A stretch of DNA of 64,000 nt from Coleofasciculus sp. B1-GNL1-01 (GTDB lineage Bacteria > Cyanobacteriota > Cyanobacteriia > Cyanobacteriales > Coleofasciculaceae): the NCBI GenBank assembly GCA_040220235.1, contig JAVJTO010000024.1; one strand, given 5' to 3'. How positions within the stretch are numbered: the first letter of the stretch is position 1; each line of letters starts with the position of its first letter. The notes below the pieces were generated by a model. That model was not told the origin of the DNA and searched no databases. It worked only from the letters and a program-made list of their open reading frames with translations. Positions 31,547 through 41,812 of this stretch are shown here, one piece after another. Both the position numbers and the translations under genes were made by a program.

Positions 31547-31576
31547 AGCTGCGTTTCTTAGGAGACGCGGCTTTTT
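31547..31576 (+). terminator. Rho-independent terminator after the GH9 gene
   Basis: AGCTGCGTTTCTTAGGAGACGCGGCTTTTT hairpin followed by a T-run. Confidence 0.65.
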
Positions 31577-31753
31577 CCTTTATTTCATTGATTTGTCCCC
31601 CTAGAAGACACCGAAACTCTAACAGGAAAAACCTGATTCATGCATCCGGTTGCCCATTGTATCTGTGCAATTGGGTAGATATTTTATGGCATAATTAGGG
31701 ATTATTATACCGTTGTCTACAGAAAATTAAGCAAATAGACCCCACAACTGTCT

Positions 31754-32005
31754 TTGGTTAAGTTAGCGATGACAACAATTGGATTCAAACGCATGAGACT
31801 AAAGTCCCATGCTCAGATTAAACGCTTGATTGATTTTCATGAGCAACGCATGAGGCAATTATCAAACACGGTCGATAAAAAGCATACCTGTCGATATTAT
31901 GCGAATTCTGCATTCTTGCTTTGTGCTGTAAACCCTCTCGGTTCCTGCGAAGGCTGTCACGAGTATGAACCGGAGGTAACGTCCGATGAGAGACTCATCC
32001 AATAA
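31754..32005 (+). CDS. Small Cys-motif protein (DUF6464-like); start uncertain
   Basis: TCRYYANSAFLLCAVNPLGSCEGCHEYE motif. Confidence 0.6.
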   Translation: MVKLAMTTIGFKRMRLKSHAQIKRLIDFHEQRMRQLSNTVDKKHTCRYYANSAFLLCAVNPLGSCEGCHEYEPEVTSDERLIQ

Positions 32006-32465
32006 AAACGGATTCTCTTTACTACCCTATTTCTTATCAAATAGCACGATATTAGATTCGTTTGGGCTACGATAATTTAGTTCATTCACACTGTAGGGGC
32101 GCACAGACGTGCGCCCTTTATTCAATTACGCCTGTGAAGCCAAAATATTCCCAATCGTTCAGTCTATTTGAAACCATTTGAGGTGTTGAACTTTACTCAG
32201 GGAGTCACCAAAAACTCTATTGTTTATTCGTTGGCTCACCTAGAGAAGGTTCGCTTCTTACCCTATCTCCTCTTATGGGCTTTTGTGTTTCTCTACAGCA
32301 TTTTTAGACTCGATGTGATACACCCAAACAAGAGCAGAACAAAAATTGTGGATTCGATTTGACCATTGAATCGGGCGCAAATCTTTGCGCCCCTACGGTT
32401 ATTGAAAAATTTCCCAACACCCTTTGGTCAATGTTTAGACTGCTTCGTGCAATTACGCACCTCGC

Positions 32466-33938
32466 TTATGCCAAAACCCAGTGAACCAGCGTGCGAACTG
32501 GAAAACCTGTCGCCCCAGCATTATTGCACCCGTCTTCTTTATCTGCCCAAACTGGACCGGCGATGTCTAAATGCGCCCACGCTGTCTCTTTCACAAACTG
32601 CTTTAAAAATAGAGCCGCTGTGATTGAACCCCCGGCACGAGGTCCCGTGTTTTTCATATCAGCAATGGGTGACTTCATTCCCTCAAAGTATTTCTCTTCC
32701 ATCGGCATCTGCCAGAATTTTTCACCCGCTTTTTCCGATGCGGTTTTGAATTGAGTTGCGAGGGTGTCATCAGTTGTCCAAAGTCCACCAATATCATTGC
32801 CGAGTGCTACGATACAAGCCCCGGTGAGGGTGGCTAAATCCACGATCGCGTCTAACTCCAGCTTCTCAGCAAACACCAACGCATCAGCCAGCGTCAGCCG
32901 CCCTTCGGCGTCGGTGTTATTCACTTCAATGGTTTTGCCATTGGAGGCGGTAAGGATATCACCGGGATGCAACGCATGACCACTAATCATATTCTCGGTT
33001 GCGGCACTAATAAAGTGAACCTCCACATCCGGCTTTAATTCACCGATCGCCTTAGCAGCACCGAGGGTAGCACCCGCCCCTCCCATATCCATTTTCATGG
33101 TTTCGATGCCGCTACCTGAGACTTTTAGGTTCAAGCCACCGGAATCAAAGGTTAATCCCTTGCCCACAATCGCGACTTTCCGACGCGGTGTTCCTTGGGG
33201 TTTATAGGTGAGATGAATAAACTTGGGTGGCATTTCTGAGGCTTGGGCTACACCCAAAAACGCGCCCATGCCTAACTTTTCACATTCGTCGCGCTCTAAT
33301 ACTTCTAGCGTCATCCCATAAGCAGAGGCAATATCTTGGGCTGTCTGTGCCAAGGTTAGGGGAGTGACAGAATTCGGGGGGGCGGCGACTAACTCTCGTG
33401 CTAAGATTACTCCTTCACAAATCGCATGGGCTTGGTTAATCGCGGCTTGGACATCACCCAATCCCAATAATTCAACCTGTTCGAGTTTCGCCCCCTTATC
33501 TTCCGGTTCCGACTTAAAGCGATTATCTACATGCAATGCTAGAGTAATCCCTTCGGCGATCGCCTGGGCGCTGAGGGCGGTATCATTATTCGTCGCCGGG
33601 AGGCTAACACCCAGAGTTTTGCTCTTTTGCTGCTTTGCCATCCGTGCGATCGCCGCCGCTACCCGACGTAAACTGTCTACGGTTAGGTCATCCGATTTAC
33701 CCAACCCGACTAAAATAACTTTACGAACTGAGCTACCGGCACCCACACGAGTTACAGCACTACTGCCAACGCTTCCTTTAAACTCGGTTTCCTCAATCAG
33801 TTCCTTCAGCGTACCGGAGAGTTTCTGATCAAGCTGGGCTAAATCATCCGTTAACTCTACAGCATCTTCAAAGAATCCCAGTGCTAGGGCATCACCAGTC
33901 CAATCTACCCGTGGTGTATCCGTGGCTCGAATTTCCAT
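32466..33938 (-). CDS. pepA: Leucyl aminopeptidase (M17)
   Basis: [18 protein letters not shown] and NTDAEGRL motifs. Confidence 0.97.
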   Translation of the reverse strand: MEIRATDTPRVDWTGDALALGFFEDAVELTDDLAQLDQKLSGTLKELIEETEFKGSVGSSAVTRVGAGSSVRKVILVGLGKSDDLTVDSLRRVAAAIARMAKQQKSKTLGVSLPATNNDTALSAQAIAEGITLALHVDNRFKSEPEDKGAKLEQVELLGLGDVQAAINQAHAICEGVILARELVAAPPNSVTPLTLAQTAQDIASAYGMTLEVLERDECEKLGMGAFLGVAQASEMPPKFIHLTYKPQGTPRRKVAIVGKGLTFDSGGLNLKVSGSGIETMKMDMGGAGATLGAAKAIGELKPDVEVHFISAATENMISGHALHPGDILTASNGKTIEVNNTDAEGRLTLADALVFAEKLELDAIVDLATLTGACIVALGNDIGGLWTTDDTLATQFKTASEKAGEKFWQMPMEEKYFEGMKSPIADMKNTGPRAGGSITAALFLKQFVKETAWAHLDIAGPVWADKEDGCNNAGATGFPVRTLVHWVLA

Positions 33939-34120
33939 TCCTTCGTTGTGTCTCTTATCTTTTACCTCATCTTTCAGTATTGCATTTGTCCTTTGTCATT
34001 CGTCATTCGTTATTCGTCAAAACACTGATTTCACGGATTTATTGGAGAGATAGGGGTAGGGAGGTGAGAGCTTATTGACACTGATTACACAGACAAGGAA
34101 AGTTCTCTCATTTTCCCTAT

Positions 34121-34176
34121 CTCCCCCTGCTCCCCCTGCTCCCCCTGCTCCCCCTGCTCCCCCTGCTCCCCCTGCT
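34121..34176. repeat. STRR tract (CTCCCCCTG)n
   Basis: Six tandem 9-mers. Confidence 0.9.
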
Positions 34177-34220
34177 GCTGATAACTGATAACTCCCCCAT
34201 TTTCCTGATCGTTCGTCACA

Positions 34221-36455
34221 ATGGTAGACAGTATTTTATCAGTATTGGGCGAAATAGGTTTCATGCTAAAGGTACAGAAATACAGAGTTCCTGTAGCAGT
34301 CGGGGCGGGATTGCTATTTATTGCCTTATGTGGTTCGTCTTGGTTCGTTCTCCGACAGACTGGTGTTCTGCAAAACTGGCTCGGTGAGTCCCCGCCAAGT
34401 GAACTGGGTTTGACCCAAAAGGATACTCAATCCCTGGTATTGCCCTTGGTATCCTTATCCCCCGAAGCTAGGGCGGAACAACTGATGGATATTGCTTCGG
34501 GGCGTCAATCCCTGGATCAATATCGCGCCCGCTATTTGTTGGCGTCGGATTTAATTGGACAACAGCAGCCAGAGGCGGCACTTCAATGGTTAGAGGGATT
34601 GGACGCGAAGTATCCCCAGTTAGCCTCTCACATAGCCCTGAAACGCGCTCAAGCCTACACAGCGATGGGGGATATGGCTAACGCCGAACAAGCTTGGCAA
34701 GGGATTCTAGAGACTTACCCCAGTGATCCCGTCGCCGCGCACGCCCTGTATGCGTTAGGGGAATCGAATCCAGAGTATTGGCAACAGGCGATCGCGCAAT
34801 TTCCGACTCATCCCCGTACCCTAGATATTGTTCGCCAAAAGCTGCAAGAGAATCCTAAACAGTTGGATTTATTACTACTATTGGCGAAATCAGCATACGA
34901 TGCTCCTGGTAGTGGCGGAATTCGCGATCGCTTAGTGAATGAGTATGCCTCTCAATTACAGCCGGAAGACTGGCAGACGATTGCCTTTGGCTATTGGAAA
35001 ACCCGCGAATATGGCAAAGCTGCCAAAGCCTACACCAAAGCCCCGCCCACGCCCGAACATGCCTATCGAGTGGGGCGCGGCTATCACCTGAAAGGCAAAC
35101 GCCAGGAAGCCAAAGCCGCCTATCAACAGCTTATTCGCACCTTCCCCGATGCCAAGGAAACGGGGTTAGGATTGCGGCGTCTGGCGAGTCTCCTCCCCTC
35201 CCAAGAGGCAATCCCTTACCTGGATCAGGTGGTGGCGAAGTTCCCCGATGAAGCCCCAGAAGCCCTACTCACCAAAGCAAACATCCTGGATGCGTTGGGC
35301 AGTTCTCAATCTGCCGCCCAAGCCCGTCAATCGGTGTTAACCCAATATCCGAATTCTGACGCCGCCGCAGACTATCGTTGGCAGGTAGCAAACCAGAAAG
35401 CCCAAGCGGGGAATCTCGCCGAAGCATGGCAATGGGCGCAACCGATTACCACAGATAGTCCCGATAGTGCCATCGCCCCGGAAGCGGCGTTTTGGGTGGG
35501 CAGATGGGCAATGCAACTGGGACGCCAAGAGGAAGCGACATCCGCATTTGAGCATGTTTTGGCACAGTATCCCGAATCCTATTATGCGTGGCGGTCTGCC
35601 CGATTTCTCGGCTGGGATGTGGGGGACTTTACCACGGTGCGAGATGTGAATCCGACGGTGGTGCTACCGAAAACGCGATCGCGACTTCCGGCTGGATCAG
35701 ATACCTTAAAAGAATTGCATCTATTGGGACAAAATCAGGACAGTTGGACGCTTTGGCAAGCCGAATTTGAGAATCGCCAGGAACCCACGGTTGCTGAACA
35801 GTTCACCGATGGCGTTATGCGCTTAGGCGTGGGTGATAACATTAATGGAATTAACCAAGTTTGGTTTTTGAGTCAGCGCGAAACCCCGGAAGAACGTCGG
35901 CAATGGCAAGCCTTGCGTGCTGAACCAGCGTATTGGCATACACTTTTTCCTCTACCATTTTTTGATTCGGTTGTCAATTGGTCTGGTCAACGTCAACTTA
36001 ATCCCTTATTGGTGACAGGTTTAATTCGCCAAGAATCGCGGTTTGAACCCGAAATCGGTTCTATAGCGGGAGCCAGGGGGTTAATGCAAGTGATGCCGGG
36101 AACGGGTCAATGGATTGCCGATAAAATTCAGCTTCAGGAGTATGACCTGAATGACCCTAATGATAATGTCAAATTGGGTACATGGTATTTAGATCACACT
36201 CACCAAGAATACAATAACCATTCTCTATTCGCCGTAGCAAGTTACAATGCGGGTCCAGGGAATGTGGCAAAGTGGATCAGGAAGTATGATACAACTGACC
36301 CTGATGCGTTTATTGAGCAGATTCCTTTTGCGGAAACGAAGGGATATGTGGAGGCAGTTTTTGAGAATTATTGGAATTATTTGCGGCTGTATAATCCAGA
36401 GGTGAATCAGTTATTACGGAAGTATTCTAAGAGTCAGCCAGGAATATCTCCTTAG
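34221..36455 (+). CDS. slt: Soluble lytic transglycosylase with TPR repeats; start may be 34263
   Basis: IRQESRF, GLMQV, ASYNAGPG and IPFAETKGYV motifs. Confidence 0.92.
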   Translation: MVDSILSVLGEIGFMLKVQKYRVPVAVGAGLLFIALCGSSWFVLRQTGVLQNWLGESPPSELGLTQKDTQSLVLPLVSLSPEARAEQLMDIASGRQSLDQYRARYLLASDLIGQQQPEAALQWLEGLDAKYPQLASHIALKRAQAYTAMGDMANAEQAWQGILETYPSDPVAAHALYALGESNPEYWQQAIAQFPTHPRTLDIVRQKLQENPKQLDLLLLLAKSAYDAPGSGGIRDRLVNEYASQLQPEDWQTIAFGYWKTREYGKAAKAYTKAPPTPEHAYRVGRGYHLKGKRQEAKAAYQQLIRTFPDAKETGLGLRRLASLLPSQEAIPYLDQVVAKFPDEAPEALLTKANILDALGSSQSAAQARQSVLTQYPNSDAAADYRWQVANQKAQAGNLAEAWQWAQPITTDSPDSAIAPEAAFWVGRWAMQLGRQEEATSAFEHVLAQYPESYYAWRSARFLGWDVGDFTTVRDVNPTVVLPKTRSRLPAGSDTLKELHLLGQNQDSWTLWQAEFENRQEPTVAEQFTDGVMRLGVGDNINGINQVWFLSQRETPEERRQWQALRAEPAYWHTLFPLPFFDSVVNWSGQRQLNPLLVTGLIRQESRFEPEIGSIAGARGLMQVMPGTGQWIADKIQLQEYDLNDPNDNVKLGTWYLDHTHQEYNNHSLFAVASYNAGPGNVAKWIRKYDTTDPDAFIEQIPFAETKGYVEAVFENYWNYLRLYNPEVNQLLRKYSKSQPGISP

Positions 36456-36524
36456 TGTATGTAGTGGACTGACACAGCTAAAATGGTGGCATAGATTTGA
36501 CAGTGAAATTGGGCGCACGTCGGT

Positions 36525-36798
36525 CATCCGTGTCAACTTAAGCTCAACCCCCTCACCCCCAGCCCCTCTCCCACCAGGGGAGAGGGGAGCAAGAAGGAAG
36601 CGATATAGAAACGGTATTCTAGAGATGCTTTGGAAGCGTCTTTATGTGATGGTTCCCCTTCTCCTATGCAACAAAAGCGAAGCATCCTCTGTCCTCCCCC
36701 CTCTTCGTAGGGGGGAACGAGGGGGGTGGGAGAAGGGGTTAGGGGATGAGGGTGAAAAGCTTGCCAGTCGTGCTTTTCATCTTAAGTTGATACCAATG
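36525..36798. mobile_element. MITE with 18-bp TIR (consensus CATTGGTGTCAACTTAAG) and 9-bp TSD CACGTCGGT, inserted in a REP
   Basis: Ends CATCCGTGTCAACTTAAG and CTTAAGTTGATACCAATG; CACGTCGGT at 36516-36524 and 36799-36807. Confidence 0.85.
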
Positions 36799-36894
36799 CA
36801 CGTCGGTGCGCCCCTACAATTTTAATCCACCAAATTAGGTGTGCCACGCCAGTAGTAAGACAGCGAGTGGTGAGCATAAACATTAATAAATACC

Positions 36895-39800
36895 ATGGAT
36901 ATTTTGCCGAATATAAAACCGATAAAGATATTGATTATTGCTGCTTATTCGGATAATTATCAGACTATTAACAAGTATTTATCTAGTTCTGAATATAGTC
37001 ATATTAACGCTGAAAACCTTGAACAAGCTCTATCTATTATTGATGCCGATACTGATTCTATACCTGACTTAATCCTGATAGCTGTTAATCATTCAGAGAT
37101 TAACATCAGTGAACCCATCAAAAAGCTGCAAAAAGTGACACAGCTAAATGATGTACCGATTATTGTCTCAATTACTCACAACCTTATCACTGAATTAAAC
37201 TCACTATTAGCAGCAGGTGCAAATGATTATTTAATTACCCCCTTTACCCAAGCCGAACTTTTAGCCCGAATCCAGGCTCAGTTACATCTTCATAAACTCA
37301 ACGCCGAAAATTTACGCCTCAAGCAAGAAAATACAGATTTAAAAATCTTACTAGAGACATCCACAGAACATGGTGATCTTGTCTTTGAACAGTTGCATGA
37401 TCAAGCCGAGGAAGCGGTGCGTGAAAGTGAACATCGGCTGGCGCAATTTTTAGAAGCAGTACCTGTTGGCGTGTTGGTGGTGGAGGCTAGTGGTAAGCTT
37501 TACTTTATGAATCAACAAGCCAAGCAGATTTTGGCACAAGATTTAGATCCAAATCTCCACACCGATCAACTTTGTTACACCTATCAACTTTATAGAGCAG
37601 ACACCACTCAATTATACCCTTTAGACCGCTTACCGATCGCGCGATCGCTCCAGGGTGAAACCGTAACCGTTGACGACTTAGAAGTGCGTCACGCGAATCA
37701 ACGAATTCCCCTAGAAATGCAGACAATGCCCATCTATGATGAACAGGGAACTCTGCTCTATGGTATTAGTGTATTCAAAGATATTACCGCCCGCAAACGT
37801 ACCGAGAAAATTTTAACCGAGTATAACCAAACCCTAGAACAAGCCGTCCGCGATCGCACCCAAGAATTAGAAACCAAAAATCAGCAACTTTACCAAGAAA
37901 TTGAGGAACGCAAGTTACTTGAGCAAAAATTGCGAACCTCTGAGGGCAAAATGCGAGCAGTATTTGAAGCAATGCCTGATATTATCCTAATTATTGATCC
38001 TCAAACTAATGATATTCAAGTTGCACCAACTCGACCCACTCGCGATATTAAAAAATCAATACCCCTGATTAACCAAACGATTGAGCAATTTCTCGACAGT
38101 GACAATACTCAAAGCTGGTTCCAGCAAATTCACCAGGTTATCGAAACCCAAGAACCGATTCATTTTGATTATAGTTTAAATGATGCCGATCAACGGGTTT
38201 GGTTTACCGCCAGTATTGCCCCGTTACCGAACAACTCTGTTATCTGGGTTGCCCGCAATATTACCGATCGCAAACGCACCCAATTTGCCTTGTATCAATC
38301 AGAAGAAAAGTTTGCCCGTGCCTTCCGTTCTAGTCCCAGCGCCATGACAATCACGCGATTAAGTGATGGCTGTCATATTGATGTGAATGATAGCTTTTGT
38401 CAGTTTACCGGCTATTCTGCCCCAGAAATTATTGGTCGCACTGCCCTTGATTTGAATCTCTGGGTCAATCAAAAAGACCGAAACCGGATGTTAAAAGCAA
38501 TATCAAACAAGGGGATTATTCGCAACTACGAATTTGAGTTTCGTACCAAATCGGGGGACATTCGCACCGCCTTACTCTCAGCCGAACAAATTAACCTAGA
38601 TGAGCAAACCTGTCTGATCGCCGTCAGCCAAGATATTAGCGATCGCAAGCAGGTGGAATTTGCTCTAAAACTGGCTAAAGAGACGGCTGAACAGGCAAAT
38701 CGCGCCAAAAGTCAATTCCTGTCTAATATGAGTCATGAATTACGCACTCCTTTGAATGCGATTATTGGATTTGCTCAGTTGTTAGGGCGCGACTCTTCCT
38801 TAACCCAAGAACAACATGATCATATTGGCATTATTTGCCGCTCTGGTGAACATTTACTTGGTTTAATCAATAATGTGCTGCAACTGTCTAAGGTTGAAGC
38901 AGGTCAGGTCAAACTCAATTGCTATAGTTTTGATCTATATGGGATGCTGCAAGTTTTAGAGGAAATGTTCAAGTTGCAGGCTGAGAATAAAGGATTGCAG
39001 TTAGTCTTTGATTATGATGAGGCGCTACCTCGCTATGTAGAGACTGATGAAGGGAAGCTGCGTCAAGTCTTAATTAATTTAGTGAATAATGCGATTAAAT
39101 TCACTAGCCAGGGAGGTGTTACCTTGCGCGTTAAAGCGGTGCAGGGGAAGTCGGGCAAGCAATGTAGAGACGTAGCATGCTACGTCTGGGAGCAGGGGAA
39201 AATGGGAGAATCAACTCAACACCCAACATTTAATACTTTCCCAATCCCTCAAAAACTGCGATTTGAAATTGAAGACACGGGTTCCGGTATTGCGCCAGAG
39301 GAAATTGATTTACTATTTGAGGCTTTTGGGCAAACTGAAACCGGGCGCAAATCGCTGGAAGGTACAGGATTAGGATTACCGATTAGTCAACAATTTGTCC
39401 AACTTATGGGCGGAGAAATTCAGGTCAGTAGTCGCTTAAACCAAGGCAGTATTTTTACCTTTGATATTCACGTTAACCGGGTGGAGGGAATTGAGCCAGA
39501 AACCCAGTCAGCGACGCCTCGCGTAGTTGGCTTAGTACCCAGACAACCCAATTACCGTATCCTAGTGGTGGATGATCGCCTAGAAAGTCGCTTATTATTG
39601 GTAAAACTGCTAACCGCCGTGGGATTTTCCGTGCGAGAAGCGGTGAATGGGCAAGACGCGATCGCGATCTGGACTAGCTGGGAACCTCACCTGATTTGGA
39701 TGGATATGCGAATGCCTGTGATGGATGGATATGAAGCCACCAAACACATTAAAGGGCATCTCCAAGGTCAAGCTACCGTGGTGTTAGCCCTTACCGCTAG

Positions 39801-40194
39801 TGCGTTTGAAGAAGAGCGATCGCTGGTTCTCTCGGCTGGGTGTGACGATTTTGTTCGCAAACCCTTCCGAGAAGACGTAATCTTTAATAAGATAGCCCAC
39901 TATTTAGGGGTGCATTATGTCTACGAACAGCCAACCGCATCAACAGCGTTAGAGGATGAAAACCTAGCATCCAACCAACCCCTAACGGCTCAAGCCCTGA
40001 CAATTATGTCCAAGGAGTGGATTCATGAATTATACCAAGCGGCAGATTCGATTGATAACGAACGGATTTTCCAGCTTATCGAGCAAATTCCCCCAACTCA
40101 TACCGCGATCGCCCAAGCTATCACAGATATGGTGAATAACTTCCGTTGTGATCAAATTATCGATTTAATTCATGAACTGCGCCTTACTTCGTGA
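36895..40194 (+). CDS. Hybrid histidine kinase: pseudo-REC, 3 PAS, HisKA, HATPase, REC
   Basis: H-box SHELRTPLN, GTGLGL, and C-terminal REC (WMDMRMP). Confidence 0.93.
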   Translation: MDILPNIKPIKILIIAAYSDNYQTINKYLSSSEYSHINAENLEQALSIIDADTDSIPDLILIAVNHSEINISEPIKKLQKVTQLNDVPIIVSITHNLITELNSLLAAGANDYLITPFTQAELLARIQAQLHLHKLNAENLRLKQENTDLKILLETSTEHGDLVFEQLHDQAEEAVRESEHRLAQFLEAVPVGVLVVEASGKLYFMNQQAKQILAQDLDPNLHTDQLCYTYQLYRADTTQLYPLDRLPIARSLQGETVTVDDLEVRHANQRIPLEMQTMPIYDEQGTLLYGISVFKDITARKRTEKILTEYNQTLEQAVRDRTQELETKNQQLYQEIEERKLLEQKLRTSEGKMRAVFEAMPDIILIIDPQTNDIQVAPTRPTRDIKKSIPLINQTIEQFLDSDNTQSWFQQIHQVIETQEPIHFDYSLNDADQRVWFTASIAPLPNNSVIWVARNITDRKRTQFALYQSEEKFARAFRSSPSAMTITRLSDGCHIDVNDSFCQFTGYSAPEIIGRTALDLNLWVNQKDRNRMLKAISNKGIIRNYEFEFRTKSGDIRTALLSAEQINLDEQTCLIAVSQDISDRKQVEFALKLAKETAEQANRAKSQFLSNMSHELRTPLNAIIGFAQLLGRDSSLTQEQHDHIGIICRSGEHLLGLINNVLQLSKVEAGQVKLNCYSFDLYGMLQVLEEMFKLQAENKGLQLVFDYDEALPRYVETDEGKLRQVLINLVNNAIKFTSQGGVTLRVKAVQGKSGKQCRDVACYVWEQGKMGESTQHPTFNTFPIPQKLRFEIEDTGSGIAPEEIDLLFEAFGQTETGRKSLEGTGLGLPISQQFVQLMGGEIQVSSRLNQGSIFTFDIHVNRVEGIEPETQSATPRVVGLVPRQPNYRILVVDDRLESRLLLVKLLTAVGFSVREAVNGQDAIAIWTSWEPHLIWMDMRMPVMDGYEATKHIKGHLQGQATVVLALTASAFEEERSLVLSAGCDDFVRKPFREDVIFNKIAHYLGVHYVYEQPTASTALEDENLASNQPLTAQALTIMSKEWIHELYQAADSIDNERIFQLIEQIPPTHTAIAQAITDMVNNFRCDQIIDLIHELRLTS

Positions 40195-40400
40195 AGACGC
40201 GGATTGGCAGAGGGAACCTGCCAGTAGAGACGCGCCATGGCGCGTCTGTACATGAATAGGGCATGAGTTGGTAGGGGATAACCACTGCTGAACGTTTCTC
40301 TAGTTCAGCTTAAATGTAGGTTTAGGAACTGGGTAAATCCAGGACACACCCCTATCAATGCCTGAAGAGACATAAACATTTACACGAGTGGATTATATCT
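40190..40400 (+). ncRNA. Putative omega-RNA (HEARO-like) of the IsrB element; boundaries approximate
   Basis: Structured ~210-nt non-coding leader directly upstream of a PLMP/RuvC gene, with stems TGGCAG/CTGCCA, GCTGAAC/GTTCAGC around TTCTCTA, GGTAGGGG/CCCCTATC and GGCAT/ATGCC. Confidence 0.65.
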
Positions 40401-41561
40401 ATGAATCGTGTCCCAGTCGTTAGCAAAGAAGGAAAACCACTGATGCCCACCAAACCATCCAGGGTCCCACGGTGGATTAAGGAAGGTAAGGCAGTGGGGA
40501 AGTGGTCAGACCTGGGCGTCTATTATGTCCAGCTCACCACACCACCATCGGCTGAAGAAGTGCAACCAATTGCTGTTGGAGTCGATCCGGGTAAGTCTTA
40601 TTCCGGTGTCGGTGTCCAGTCCGCTAAATGTACCCTGCTACAACTGCATCTTATCCTCCCGTTTGGTCGCGTTAAAAAACGAATGGAAACCCGCGCCATG
40701 CTACGACGCTCTCGACGGTCTCGACGAATTAACCGGGACGTTCCGTTCAAACAGCGTAACCATCGGCAGTGCAGGTTCGATAACCGCAAACAGTGTAAAC
40801 TCCCCCCATCCATTAAAGCCTCCCGGCAGTTGGAGTTAAGGGTAGTCAAAGAGTTGGCGGCGATATTTCCGGTAGCAGCAATTGAGTATGAACGAGTTAG
40901 AGCCGACATAGACCAAACTAAGCGCAAACGTGCTAAGTCGGGCAAGGGTTTCTCACCGGTGATGACGGGTCAGAATTGGGCAATATCCCAGATGGAAAAA
41001 ATCGTCCCCGTCTATGTCCGGCACGGCTGGCAAAAGAATGGCAATGGCACATCTCAACTCCGAACCCAACTAGGGTTAGAGAAAGACAAGGTTAACAAGT
41101 CTATAGCCAAACCAGAAACCCACGCGGTTGATGGGGTGACACTGGCTTGCGGATATTTCGTCAAGTATGTCCCGTTCATCGGCTCTAACTCTCGCGGTTA
41201 CACCCATAAGGGTAGCGTTAACGTAACCCCTTCGCCGTTTAAAATCATCACTCGCCCTGGCGCTGTGCAACGGGGAAAAGAGTACGGCTTTTTCCGCCGT
41301 CAGTTGCACTTTGAAGTCCCGGACAAGTCGGGGACAAGGAAGCGTAAGGGTGGAACAATCACCCCGTTTGGTCTTAGGATTGGTGACTTAGTTAGAGCCG
41401 AAAAAGCAGGGAAAGTTTATATTGGCTACGTCAGCGGATTCACCGATACCGAGAGGAGCAAAAAGGTTTCTGTTTGTGATTACACATGGAAACGCATTGG
41501 GCAATTTGCCCCCAGTAAAGTCGAGTTAATCAGAAGGAATAATGGTTTGTGCGTGGCATAA
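40401..41561 (+). CDS. isrB: IsrB-type RNA-guided nuclease (RRXRR family: PLMP, split RuvC, bridge helix, no HNH)
   Basis: GKPLMPT; RuvC-I VGVDPG; Arg-rich helix RRSRRSRRINR; RuvC-II IEYE; RuvC-III HAVD; no CxxC-HNH insert; 386 aa. Confidence 0.8.
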   Translation: MNRVPVVSKEGKPLMPTKPSRVPRWIKEGKAVGKWSDLGVYYVQLTTPPSAEEVQPIAVGVDPGKSYSGVGVQSAKCTLLQLHLILPFGRVKKRMETRAMLRRSRRSRRINRDVPFKQRNHRQCRFDNRKQCKLPPSIKASRQLELRVVKELAAIFPVAAIEYERVRADIDQTKRKRAKSGKGFSPVMTGQNWAISQMEKIVPVYVRHGWQKNGNGTSQLRTQLGLEKDKVNKSIAKPETHAVDGVTLACGYFVKYVPFIGSNSRGYTHKGSVNVTPSPFKIITRPGAVQRGKEYGFFRRQLHFEVPDKSGTRKRKGGTITPFGLRIGDLVRAEKAGKVYIGYVSGFTDTERSKKVSVCDYTWKRIGQFAPSKVELIRRNNGLCVA

Positions 41562-41603
41562 AGGAAGACATTGGACGCCTCCATTCTTCCGGCGTCCGGC
41601 TAT

Positions 41604-41645
41604 CCCTCCCCATCTTGCTAGCGCTGAAGATGGAGACTCCCCGCG
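41604..41645 (+). mobile_element. IS200/IS605-like subterminal hairpin at the 3' end of the IsrB element
   Basis: CCTCCCCATCTT-GCTAGCGCTG-AAGATGGAGACTCCCCGCG, with GATGAA about 17 nt downstream. Confidence 0.55.
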
Positions 41646-41713
41646 AACACGTTGAAGTAGGGATGAAGGAGTTTTGACCCTTCACAACCTTCGAGGGCAT
41701 GGCGCGTGAATGT

Positions 41714-41776
41714 GTAGGGGCGGGTTTAGGGACTAACCCTAATTAAGAGCCGATAACTGAGCAACAAAACCCGCCC
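41714..41776. repeat. Long-loop REP GTAGGGGCGGGTTT-N-AAACCCGCCC
   Basis: Same family at 50351, 58312 and 53777 (interrupted), and inside cheA at 56729 and 57239. Confidence 0.8.
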
Positions 41777-41812
41777 TGATTCAAATACCGAATGACATAA
41801 GACATAAGATAA

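Noticed and set aside
40401..41561. IscB, Cas9 or TnpB call
   Set aside because: No HNH or zinc-finger insert is visible and PLMP is N-terminal, which fits IsrB; there is no CRISPR array.
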